DNA of 60,157 nt, taken from Desulfurococcaceae archaeon (GTDB lineage: Archaea; Thermoproteota; Thermoprotei_A; Sulfolobales; Desulfurococcaceae). The translations under genes were made by a program, and so were the position numbers. How positions within the stretch are numbered: position 1 is the first letter of the stretch; the number at the start of each line of letters is the position of its first letter. The stretch lies in contig JAJHQQ010000001.1 in the NCBI GenBank assembly GCA_020833245.1, forward strand, positions 1 through 60,157, given 5' to 3'. Shown piece by piece: positions 9,065-15,813 of this stretch. The notes beneath the pieces are model-generated. The model ran no database searches, was not told the DNA's origin, and saw only the letters and a list, made by a program, of their open reading frames with translations.

Positions 9065-9978
9065 TCTCTGTGAGCAAGAGCCAAGTTAAACCTCCACTAC
9101 CCTATAGTGCTAGAGACGTAGTATTGCCTGGAGACGCGGCTTGCCATGGGTGCCCTATTCCAATAGCGCTAAAAGTCCTCTCAGCGGTGTTTGGCGAGAA
9201 AGTGATCCTAGTTGTACCAGCGTGTTGTACATCAGTAATAGTCGGCACGTACCCGGGGCAGTCGCTGAGAGCTAGTATAATACACGTGCCCTTCGCGTCG
9301 GCCGCGGCCGTTGCGTCTGGAGTAGCTCAGGCTCTCAAAATGAGAGGTGTTAGCGATGTGCAAGTTATCGCGTGGGCTGGTGACGGGGGTACAGCCGACA
9401 TAGGCATGGCAGCGCTGAGTGGAGCTGCTGAGAGAAATGAGGACTTGATCTATATAATGTACGATAACGAGGCGTACATGAATACTGGTATTCAGAGGAG
9501 CTCCTCAACACCTCTAGGTGCGTGGACGACTACAACTCCCATTACAGGGAAGAGTGAGCATAAGAAAGACGTCGCTAAGATACTAGTAGCACACAGCGTA
9601 CCCTATGTCGCTACTGCGAGTGTAGGGTACCCGCACGACCTCTACAGTAAGCTCCAGCGAGCTAGGAGCATTAAGGGCTTTAGATTTATTCAAATTCACG
9701 CTCCGTGCCCACCAGGCTGGAGATTTGACCCCAAGTACACTGCGAGAATAGCTAAACTAGCCGTTGAGACAGGCTTCTGGATTCTCTACGAGTATCACAA
9801 TGGGAAGATTACGCTATCAGGTCCTAGTAGACCGCTACTAGATCCCTCTAAGAGGAGGCCTATTGAAGAATACTTGAAGCTACAAGGACGCTATAGGAGT
9901 ATTGCGCCAGAGCTCATAAATAGTATTAAAGAGTATATTGAAGACAACTGGAGCTGGGTAAAGCGCTACTTACTGTAG
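9061..9978 (+). CDS. 2-oxoacid:ferredoxin oxidoreductase, beta subunit (TPP-binding)
   Basis: TPP motif GDGGTADIG...YDNEAYMNTG and N-terminal Cys ligands. The start overlaps the alpha stop by 4 nt. Confidence 0.85.
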   Translation: MISVSKSQVKPPLPYSARDVVLPGDAACHGCPIPIALKVLSAVFGEKVILVVPACCTSVIVGTYPGQSLRASIIHVPFASAAAVASGVAQALKMRGVSDVQVIAWAGDGGTADIGMAALSGAAERNEDLIYIMYDNEAYMNTGIQRSSSTPLGAWTTTTPITGKSEHKKDVAKILVAHSVPYVATASVGYPHDLYSKLQRARSIKGFRFIQIHAPCPPGWRFDPKYTARIAKLAVETGFWILYEYHNGKITLSGPSRPLLDPSKRRPIEEYLKLQGRYRSIAPELINSIKEYIEDNWSWVKRYLL

Positions 9979-9991
9979 AGTGAAGTAGGTC

Positions 9992-10519
9992 TTGACTGAG
10001 GAAAAAACTAGTAGAGGGTATTTACACGTCCAATTGGATTTTCTCTGCGACATGGGCTTTACATCTAGACTATTCAACGCCCTGAAAATAGCTGGATTAA
10101 ACCCGAGGCAAGTGAGCTACGACTACGTGAGAGTACACCGCAGAGTAGATCTAAATGAGGCCCCTAACGCTTTAAACGAGCTACGTGAACTCTTAGAGAG
10201 ACACGCGGGTTTCTGGAGAGAGCTGTGTATTGAGGCGTGGATAGAGATCCCTGTAAACAAGCCTCAAAGGGCTAAGTTGAGCGGTACGGTACTATTAGGG
10301 GGCATCTTAACGTATCTTAAACCTGGAAGTAAGAATAGAGTGTACTATAAGATCATATGGATCCCCAGCGCGGGTGTACCTGGGTTGATCAGCTTATCCG
10401 AGAGCGCGACTAGGTATTGTATACGCGGGGAGGACTCAGAACTACTTAAAAAGACACTCGAACTCGTAGAGGAGTTTACAGTGCGCTTTAAAACCAGGGA
10501 AGACACCTACTCAGACTAA
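9992..10519 (+). CDS. Hypothetical protein
   Basis: Long ORF with coding-like composition and no recognisable motif. The TTG start is uncertain; an internal ATG lies near 10052. Confidence 0.3.
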   Translation: MTEEKTSRGYLHVQLDFLCDMGFTSRLFNALKIAGLNPRQVSYDYVRVHRRVDLNEAPNALNELRELLERHAGFWRELCIEAWIEIPVNKPQRAKLSGTVLLGGILTYLKPGSKNRVYYKIIWIPSAGVPGLISLSESATRYCIRGEDSELLKKTLELVEEFTVRFKTREDTYSD

Positions 10520-10560
10520 CTGCAACTAATCATAGACCAGTTGCAAAGGGCTCTTGAAGC

Positions 10561-10570
10561 GCTTTTAAAC
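10561..10570 (+). promoter_or_regulatory. TATA-like box for tRNA-Pro
   Basis: gcttttaaac lies about 27 nt upstream of the tRNA 5' end at 10593. Confidence 0.4.
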
Positions 10571-10592
10571 CCTACGTTAAAAGGTTAAAGTA

Positions 10593-10681
10593 GGGCCCGT
10601 CGTCTAGCCTGGTTAGGATGCGGGGTTCGGGTCTACAAGCGGGAGTCCCCGTGACCCGGGGTTCAAATCCCCGCGGGCCCA
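10593..10681 (+). tRNA. tRNA-Pro (anticodon CGG) with a 14-nt intron at the canonical 37/38 position
   Basis: The acceptor stem is GGGCCCG/CGGGCCC with discriminator A. The anticodon stem is CGGGG (10621-25)/CCCCG (10647-51). The mature loop is TTCGGGT, giving anticodon CGG with G37. The intron is about 10632-10645 (tctacaagcgggag). The T-arm is CGGGGTTCAAATCCCCG. Confidence 0.8.
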
Positions 10682-10682
10682 C

Positions 10683-11096
10683 TTGGAGAGAAGTCTCGCT
10701 ATGAGTGTTGAGGAAACGAAGAGAACGTTAACTAGTATATTGGAGAGGGGTGTAGACTACTCCTTAGCAGACGTGTATGAGAGTAAATTCATTGAGTTAC
10801 GGGCTTCTCTAGATAAAAGTGGCGATTCCTGGTCTCTTTGGGTTTATGCCGGTAGGGAACGCGACCACGTCTTAGTGCCCTACATGTACTGTAGTTGCAT
10901 GGACTTCCTAATAAGAACTATCTTCACGAAGACTAGAACACACTGTAAGCACCAGTTAGGGCTTCTAGTAGCAATGAAGAGGAAAATGTACAGATCACTA
11001 AGCGTGACGATTGAAGAGCTGTACACGATCGTGAACGAGGTCCTCGAAAAGGGCTTCTCGCCGACTCTTCGCAGAAAGCTGTATCATAGAGCTTAA
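10683..11096 (+). CDS. SWIM zinc-finger protein
   Basis: CxC...CxH SWIM signature (YCSCMDFLIRTIFTKTRTHCKHQLG). The track start abuts the tRNA, so ATG 10701 (MSVEETKR) is the more likely start. Confidence 0.6.
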   Translation: MERSLAMSVEETKRTLTSILERGVDYSLADVYESKFIELRASLDKSGDSWSLWVYAGRERDHVLVPYMYCSCMDFLIRTIFTKTRTHCKHQLGLLVAMKRKMYRSLSVTIEELYTIVNEVLEKGFSPTLRRKLYHRA

Positions 11097-11138
11097 ATTT
11101 AAGCTCACGGAGTATAAACAGGAACTCGGAGGTTAAAA

Positions 11139-11432
11139 ATGGGTCGTCGTAGAAAGAGGAGGAAAATAATAGCAAAACGCGTAGTGAGAATACCCAGAGT
11201 GTTTCAGTGTCCTCACTGCTCATTCACAACTCTATCTATTGTAATAAAGAAAACCGGAGATAGAGCTCAGGCTATAATTATGTGTGGTAAATGCGGTTTA
11301 ATCGACGATGAGGACTTCGCGGACATACCAGCTATATACCAGCCTGTTGACGTATACGCGAAGTTCATAGACATGTATGAGCGCGGAGAAGCCCACGTTA
11401 GGTTTACTCCTAGCACTACTAGTGCGAGCTGA
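11139..11432 (+). CDS. elf1: Transcription elongation factor Elf1 homologue
   Basis: Basic N-terminus MGRRRKRRK and a zinc ribbon FQCPHC...CGKCG. GGAGGT lies 7 nt upstream of the ATG. Confidence 0.75.
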   Translation: MGRRRKRRKIIAKRVVRIPRVFQCPHCSFTTLSIVIKKTGDRAQAIIMCGKCGLIDDEDFADIPAIYQPVDVYAKFIDMYERGEAHVRFTPSTTSAS

Positions 11433-11448
11433 GTTGGCAGGTAAATAG

Positions 11449-12192
11449 GTGCGTGAAATGGGTAAAGTACACGAGTACATTGTATCTAAAATAGAGAGGG
11501 GTGAGAAGCTACACTTTACTCTAGTAGACCCGGATAGAGCTAACCCTAGTGACCTCGAAAAAGTGTCTAAATTACTCGTTGATGCCGGAACAGACGCCTT
11601 TATGATTGGTGGTAGCCTGGCTGTAACGCCCGAGGAGGCTACACTAGTAGCGAGAATTTTAAGGGAGCACGGGTTACCAGTGATAGTATTCCCCGGGAAC
11701 TTAAACTGCTTAACTCCACAAGCAGACGCTGTTTTCTTCATGATCTTAATGAACAGCTTAGAGCCCTATTACCTCATACAAGCACACGTACAGGCAGCTC
11801 CTATTATAGCAAAGTACAGGCTTGAACCACTACCCACAGCGTACTTAGTCATAGGATTAGACACGGCTGTAGCGCACGTTGGGAGAGTTCACCCTATTCC
11901 GCGAGATAAGCCCGAAATAGTAGTAGCCTATGCCCTGGCAGCCGAAATGCTAGGCCTCAAGTACATATACTTGGAGGCTGGTAGTGGTGCTAAAGAGCCG
12001 CTCTCACCTGTACTTCCACAATTTGTGAAAAAGTACACAAGACTTGTAACTATAGTAGGCGGGGGAATAAGGTCACCTGAAGTAGCTAGAGAGCTGGCTA
12101 AGCACGGTGCCGACATAGTTGTCACAGGGACTATTCTAGAGGAGAGTGTGGACTTGGCGAGTACAATTATACGCGCTATTAAAGAAATGTAG
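11449..12192 (+). CDS. Geranylgeranylglyceryl phosphate synthase (GGGPS)
   Basis: PcrB/GGGPS TIM-barrel pattern: HFTLVDPD..., FMIGGS, YIYLEAGSGA, VGGGIRS. Confidence 0.85.
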   Translation: MREMGKVHEYIVSKIERGEKLHFTLVDPDRANPSDLEKVSKLLVDAGTDAFMIGGSLAVTPEEATLVARILREHGLPVIVFPGNLNCLTPQADAVFFMILMNSLEPYYLIQAHVQAAPIIAKYRLEPLPTAYLVIGLDTAVAHVGRVHPIPRDKPEIVVAYALAAEMLGLKYIYLEAGSGAKEPLSPVLPQFVKKYTRLVTIVGGGIRSPEVARELAKHGADIVVTGTILEESVDLASTIIRAIKEM

Positions 12193-12204
12193 AGAACAAC
12201 TCGA

Positions 12205-12462
12205 CTACTCGTGTTTTAGAGGAGCGTACTTGCTCTTAAAAGCCTCTTCTAAGTCTACATTTAGTAAGTTCGCAATACTCAAAAGCCAGGCGAAAACATC
12301 TGCCAGCTCCTCTTCTATGGATGCCTTGTCTACTTTAATTATAGCGTCTGCCAGCTCTCCTACTTCTTCAATAAACCAAGTAAAAGTCGCGTAGAGCCCC
12401 CTTGTAGAGTCCCTCTCGTAAAACCTCTCGCGTATTAGTCTCTGAGCCTGTTTTAAGTCCAC
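12205..12462 (-). CDS. MazG-like nucleotide pyrophosphohydrolase domain protein
   Basis: The EEVGELADAI...EELADVFAWLL motif lies in the C-terminal 85 aa. I trimmed the track ORF (to 12639) to the GTG at 12462 because its N-terminal extension is low-complexity and overlaps a well-supported Sec61-beta gene on the other strand. Confidence 0.6.
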   Translation of the reverse strand: MDLKQAQRLIRERFYERDSTRGLYATFTWFIEEVGELADAIIKVDKASIEEELADVFAWLLSIANLLNVDLEEAFKSKYAPLKHE

Positions 12463-12536
12463 TTTACATCCCCGAATTCTATCTCTGTAAATATTAATCC
12501 CCGGAGTTTTATGGTTAGTAGTGTGGGTGGTGCTTT

Positions 12537-12716
12537 GTGAGTAAACGTAAAGGTAGGAGAGATACGCCTGGCGTGGTGTCAGCGGCTGGTTTAATAAGAT
12601 TCTATGAGGAAACAGAGGCGACGGTAACAATAAAGCCACACCTCTTAATATTCATATGCATAGTGTTCGTAATAGTAGTCATAATTCTCTCAAAAACATT
12701 GTCACCATTTCCGTAA
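12537..12716 (+). CDS. secG: Preprotein translocase subunit Sec61-beta (archaeal SecG), 59 aa
   Basis: Not in the ORF track (<60 aa). GTG 12537 to TAA 12714-16 translates to MSKRKGRRDTPGVVSAAGLIRFYEETEATVTIKPHLLIFICIVFVIVVIILSKTLSPFP. This has a basic N-terminus, the SAGLxR(Y/F)(F/Y)xE motif and a single C-terminal TM, which is the Sec61-beta pattern. Confidence 0.8.
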   Translation: MSKRKGRRDTPGVVSAAGLIRFYEETEATVTIKPHLLIFICIVFVIVVIILSKTLSPFP

Positions 12717-12732
12717 AAGAGTGTACTGAATT

Positions 12733-12784
12733 ACTCGGTCGGGGACAATCTCCTCACCGATCAGACTCCCATCGCTCCTCACAG
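12733..12784 (-). ncRNA. Candidate C/D box sRNA with variant boxes
   Basis: The minus strand reads GTGAGGA(12782-76)-11 nt-CTGA(12764-61)-TCG-GTGAGGA(12757-51)-12 nt GATTGTCCCCGA-CCGA(12738-35). The spacing is correct, but the C/C' boxes carry U5>G and the D box is CCGA. Confidence 0.4.
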
Positions 12785-12805
12785 CTAAGCTATCTACTCA
12801 CTAGT

Positions 12806-12860
12806 ACTCAGAAACACGGACCCTCGTCACTTATCCGGTAAGTGGCGATTCATCACCGTG
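12806..12860 (-). ncRNA. C/D box sRNA
   Basis: The minus strand reads GTGATGA(12856-50)-ATCGCCACTTAC(12 nt)-CGGA-TAA-GTGACGA-GGGTCCGTGTTT(12 nt)-CTGA(12811-08). This is the textbook archaeal C/D'/C'/D architecture. A TTAATAA TATA-like box lies about 25 nt upstream on the minus strand (about 12877-83). Confidence 0.7.
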
Positions 12861-12934
12861 CCTTACTATGTATTCTGGCTTATTAATCTTTATCTACAAA
12901 TTGAATCAGGATTTAGAGAGTTGTAGGTGTAGTC

Positions 12935-13645
12935 ATGTTTAGCAGGAAGATAATGATACTGATTCAAGCCTTGTCAATGGTGATGTTTGCTCTAATAGCT
13001 GCACTTATACCCGGCTACTTTTTCTTAGTGTTCATACTGTACTTTTTACTCATCATGATCATTAGTGCGAAGATAGGTACTAGAGTCTTCAAGAGAGTAG
13101 AGGCCTCAGCGGGCCCTGTTCTCTTCAAGGAGACAGCAACCGCGCAGGCGATGATGTATGATTCTCTCGTTATTAACGAGTTGAGAAGCCAGGTTAAGTC
13201 AACAATGATTTACCTAGTGTTTCCACTAGTCGCCTTGCTATTAATTCCACTATATTACGAGCATATAGGTCCCCGTGTCCTGGAGTTAGCTGGGGCTTTA
13301 AATAACGAAATACTAGTGCGTTTTGTCTACTTTATGGTAATGTACTTGTTTCTCGCAGGTGTGCTTCAGGGCATTCGCCTCGCAATTACAAAGTCAGTGA
13401 AGCAACCTAAACAACTATTTATACCGCGCTCCTTCACTTTGTATAGGTCTGGAATAGCTTTAGATGGGAGGTTTTTTGAGTTCAGTAGAGATGTGTGCAT
13501 AGAGGAGAACCGTGAGAGGAGGTTTATAGAAATACACGGTGAAAAGCTACCCTACATAATAAGACTGTACACCCTAGAGGTCTCTAAGCTCTACTCTAAA
13601 ATGAGAGAGGCTGGTTTACGTGAGTGCCGGGAGAGAGCGGCATAA
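12935..13645 (+). CDS. Membrane protein, function unknown
   Basis: Four or more hydrophobic helices in the N-terminal two-thirds and a soluble C-terminal tail. No motif recognised. Confidence 0.45.
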   Translation: MFSRKIMILIQALSMVMFALIAALIPGYFFLVFILYFLLIMIISAKIGTRVFKRVEASAGPVLFKETATAQAMMYDSLVINELRSQVKSTMIYLVFPLVALLLIPLYYEHIGPRVLELAGALNNEILVRFVYFMVMYLFLAGVLQGIRLAITKSVKQPKQLFIPRSFTLYRSGIALDGRFFEFSRDVCIEENRERRFIEIHGEKLPYIIRLYTLEVSKLYSKMREAGLRECRERAA

Positions 13646-13868
13646 GTGTGTAGTGTGCGGTAGGGTTTTTCCACGCGGGCATGGTGTAGTTATAGGTATT
13701 GAGGACTTAGTACTAGAATTTCACAGTAATAGGTGCTTCGCGAAGTTTGCGCGAGAGCTCTTAAAAAGAATGCCTCAGGGCGACGTTAAGGGGTATGCTA
13801 GGAGGCTACTAGAGGAGTACGAGGAGATACTCTCTCAGAAAGCTAAGCTCAAATCTAAGAGAATATAG
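13620..13868 (+). CDS. Small protein with an L24e/TRASH-like zinc-binding motif
   Basis: CVVCGRVFPRGHG...FHSNRCFAKF resembles the Cx2C...C TRASH/L24e fold. Overlaps the upstream gene by 26 nt. Confidence 0.4.
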   Translation: MSAGRERHKCVVCGRVFPRGHGVVIGIEDLVLEFHSNRCFAKFARELLKRMPQGDVKGYARRLLEEYEEILSQKAKLKSKRI

Positions 13869-13920
13869 GGTGTATTCAGCGCGCTCAAAGTTATATAAAG
13901 ACGCTTTACTAAAGTGTAGT

Positions 13921-13989
13921 CGTAAATGATGAGATTTGCCCTCTTAGACCTCTAGATAGGGAGTGAAGAGATTACCGCGGTCTGACTAC
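13921..13989 (+). ncRNA. C/D box sRNA with a D-guide complementary to the SSU rRNA 530 loop
   Basis: The sequence reads AATGATGA(13925-32)-GATTTGCCCTCT-TAGA-14 nt-GTGAAGA(13963-69)-GATTACCGCGGT(13970-81)-CTGA(13982-85). A TTATATAA box lies about 30 nt upstream. The guide pairs with the conserved GCCGCGGTAAT. Confidence 0.7.
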
Positions 13990-14219
13990 TTGCAGAGTGC
14001 TTTTTCCCCAATGATATTCCTCAGCTCTCTTAGCGAATCCTGAGTTAAACCTACTTGTGACAAGATTTGTAGTGCTTTCGTAATGGCCTCTTTCTCGTCA
14101 TCAGCTTTCACGTTGATCACTATGTTTGTGCCTTTAACGCAAATTCTAAACCTCTTCTCATCGTGGAAAACGTACTCTTCGAGAACGTTTAAGTCGCTCC
14201 TAGAGATCATGTTAAGCAC
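13986..14219 (-). CDS. Hypothetical protein (77 aa)
   Basis: The ORF overlaps the upstream HIT gene by 8 nt, which suggests operon coupling. No motif recognised. Confidence 0.4.
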   Translation of the reverse strand: MLNMISRSDLNVLEEYVFHDEKRFRICVKGTNIVINVKADDEKEAITKALQILSQVGLTQDSLRELRNIIGEKALCK

Positions 14220-14715
14220 TCTCCACCCAACTCTTCTTAATCAACTCGTATGCTTCTCGAAGCCCCATAGGTAGCGTTTTTACTCCTGAAATCACAGCTA
14301 AGAAGTTTGCGTCTCCAACCCACCTGGGCACTACGTGCACGTGGAAGTGCTCTGGGACACCCGCGCCAGCGGCTCTCCCTATATTAGAGCCTATATTAAA
14401 ACCCTCTGCCATTAAGGCTTTTCTCAAAGCAATGAGGGACTTATTTATTAGGAGTGTTAATTCAAGCAGCTCCTCTTCTCTGAGTTCTGTAGGCTCGGCG
14501 ACGTGATTGTACGGCGCGATCATTAGGTGACCAGTATTATAAGGATACGCGTTTAAGACTACGTAGAAGTGTCTACCTCTGTGTACAATTAGCGCCTCCT
14601 CGTCACTCAGACCCTGTAGTCTACAAAACAAGCACTCTTTTCCGCTCTGGGGTTTAGTAGTGCTCTTTACGTACTCGTATCTCCACGGGTTCCAGAGTAC
14701 TTTCACTTCAATCAA
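14212..14715 (-). CDS. HIT-family nucleotide hydrolase/transferase
   Basis: Histidine triad HFHVHVVPR and an N-terminal CLFC. Confidence 0.8.
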   Translation of the reverse strand: MIEVKVLWNPWRYEYVKSTTKPQSGKECLFCRLQGLSDEEALIVHRGRHFYVVLNAYPYNTGHLMIAPYNHVAEPTELREEELLELTLLINKSLIALRKALMAEGFNIGSNIGRAAGAGVPEHFHVHVVPRWVGDANFLAVISGVKTLPMGLREAYELIKKSWVESA

Positions 14716-14756
14716 CCAGTACTAGTGCGTGGTGTGGTTACAGTGGAGTACGACAA

Positions 14757-15734
14757 CTACTCTTCTACGTCTCTAATGCCCTCCTCTGTTATAGCAAATA
14801 CGGTTTCTCCTTCTGGTAAGTGAGGAGCGTCGACTACTCTGGCAATTCTCTTATTGCCCTTTGCTTTTTTAAGGTAGACTCTAACACCAGGTACGTGTGC
14901 TAAGACGTGTCCTCCAGCGGCCATTGTGGGATCTCCGTAGAATATGTCAGGTCTAGCCATTACCTGGTTTGTGACTACGACAGCTATATTGTACGCCTCT
15001 GCCAGCCTCATTAATTGGTGTAAGTGAGCGTTTAGTTTCTGCTGCCTTTCAGCTAAGTGCTCTCTTCCGGGGTACTCGGCTCTGAAGTGACTCATAACGC
15101 TGTCTATTACTACGAGCTTAACGTTATTCTTTGGGACGAAGGAGAAGAGGTCGTCGACGGTTGAGATCTGGTGGTCGCTATTATACGCTCTAATGTAGTA
15201 GATATTGTCCATTACAGTGTCTGGGTCCAGTCCCAGTGCTCTAGCCATAGCCTCAATTCGCTCCCACCTAAAAGTACCCTCGGTGTCAATGTACACGGCT
15301 CTCCCGAGTAAGCCACCCTTCTCGTAAGGAAGCTGGACGTTTACACTTAGCTGGTGGCAGATCTGGGTCTTACCACTACCATACTCCCCGTAGAACTCGG
15401 TTATAGTCTTTGTCTCAATTCCGCCGCCCAGTAGCTCGTCAAGCCCCTTACTACCAGTCGTGATCTTCTTTACATTTAGCCTCTCAGACTTTACTTCCTT
15501 TGCTGTCTTAAACCTAATACCGAGCATTTTCCTAGCATTCTCAATGATCTTTGATGCCACTGGGACGGGAATACCAGTCTTCTCGGCGAGCTCCTCGGGC
15601 CTCACGACGACAATACTCCACACTGATACATAGCCAGCGGCCTCTAGTTTCTCTGCTATTGCTGGGTTAACCCCTGGAATATCTCTAACAGATATAAATG
15701 TGCTCTCAGAGCTCTTCTCAGACAATTTACTCAC
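14757..15734 (-). CDS. radA: DNA repair and recombination protein RadA
   Basis: N-terminal HhH domain ([17 protein letters not shown]), Walker [10 protein letters not shown], Walker B LVVIDS. The start was moved to GTG 15734 (MSKLSEKSS) because a TTTTTAAA box lies about 22-26 nt upstream. The track start is 15791. Confidence 0.95.
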   Translation of the reverse strand: MSKLSEKSSESTFISVRDIPGVNPAIAEKLEAAGYVSVWSIVVVRPEELAEKTGIPVPVASKIIENARKMLGIRFKTAKEVKSERLNVKKITTGSKGLDELLGGGIETKTITEFYGEYGSGKTQICHQLSVNVQLPYEKGGLLGRAVYIDTEGTFRWERIEAMARALGLDPDTVMDNIYYIRAYNSDHQISTVDDLFSFVPKNNVKLVVIDSVMSHFRAEYPGREHLAERQQKLNAHLHQLMRLAEAYNIAVVVTNQVMARPDIFYGDPTMAAGGHVLAHVPGVRVYLKKAKGNKRIARVVDAPHLPEGETVFAITEEGIRDVEE

Positions 15735-15813
15735 CCACCTATTTTTATCAATACTTTTTAAACGTTTAATATACGAGAGGGTATAACACAATTGAGATTA
15801 GTGGGGTGTCTAA

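Noticed and set aside
11298-11741. 147-aa minus-strand ORF
   Set aside because: It is antisense to the Elf1 3' end and the GGGP synthase 5' half, both of which have strong motifs. It is a shadow ORF.
12463-12639. N-terminal about 59 codons of track ORF 12205..12639 (minus)
   Set aside because: The sequence is low-complexity and not protein-like (…YLYVYSQSTTHTTNHKTPG…). It is antisense to a well-supported Sec61-beta gene. The MazG-like homology starts only after the internal GTG at 12462.
12656-12841. 61-aa plus-strand ORF
   Set aside because: It overlaps two C/D box sRNA candidates on the opposite strand and the 3' end of Sec61-beta. Its composition is Ser/His-rich with no motif, so it is probably spurious.
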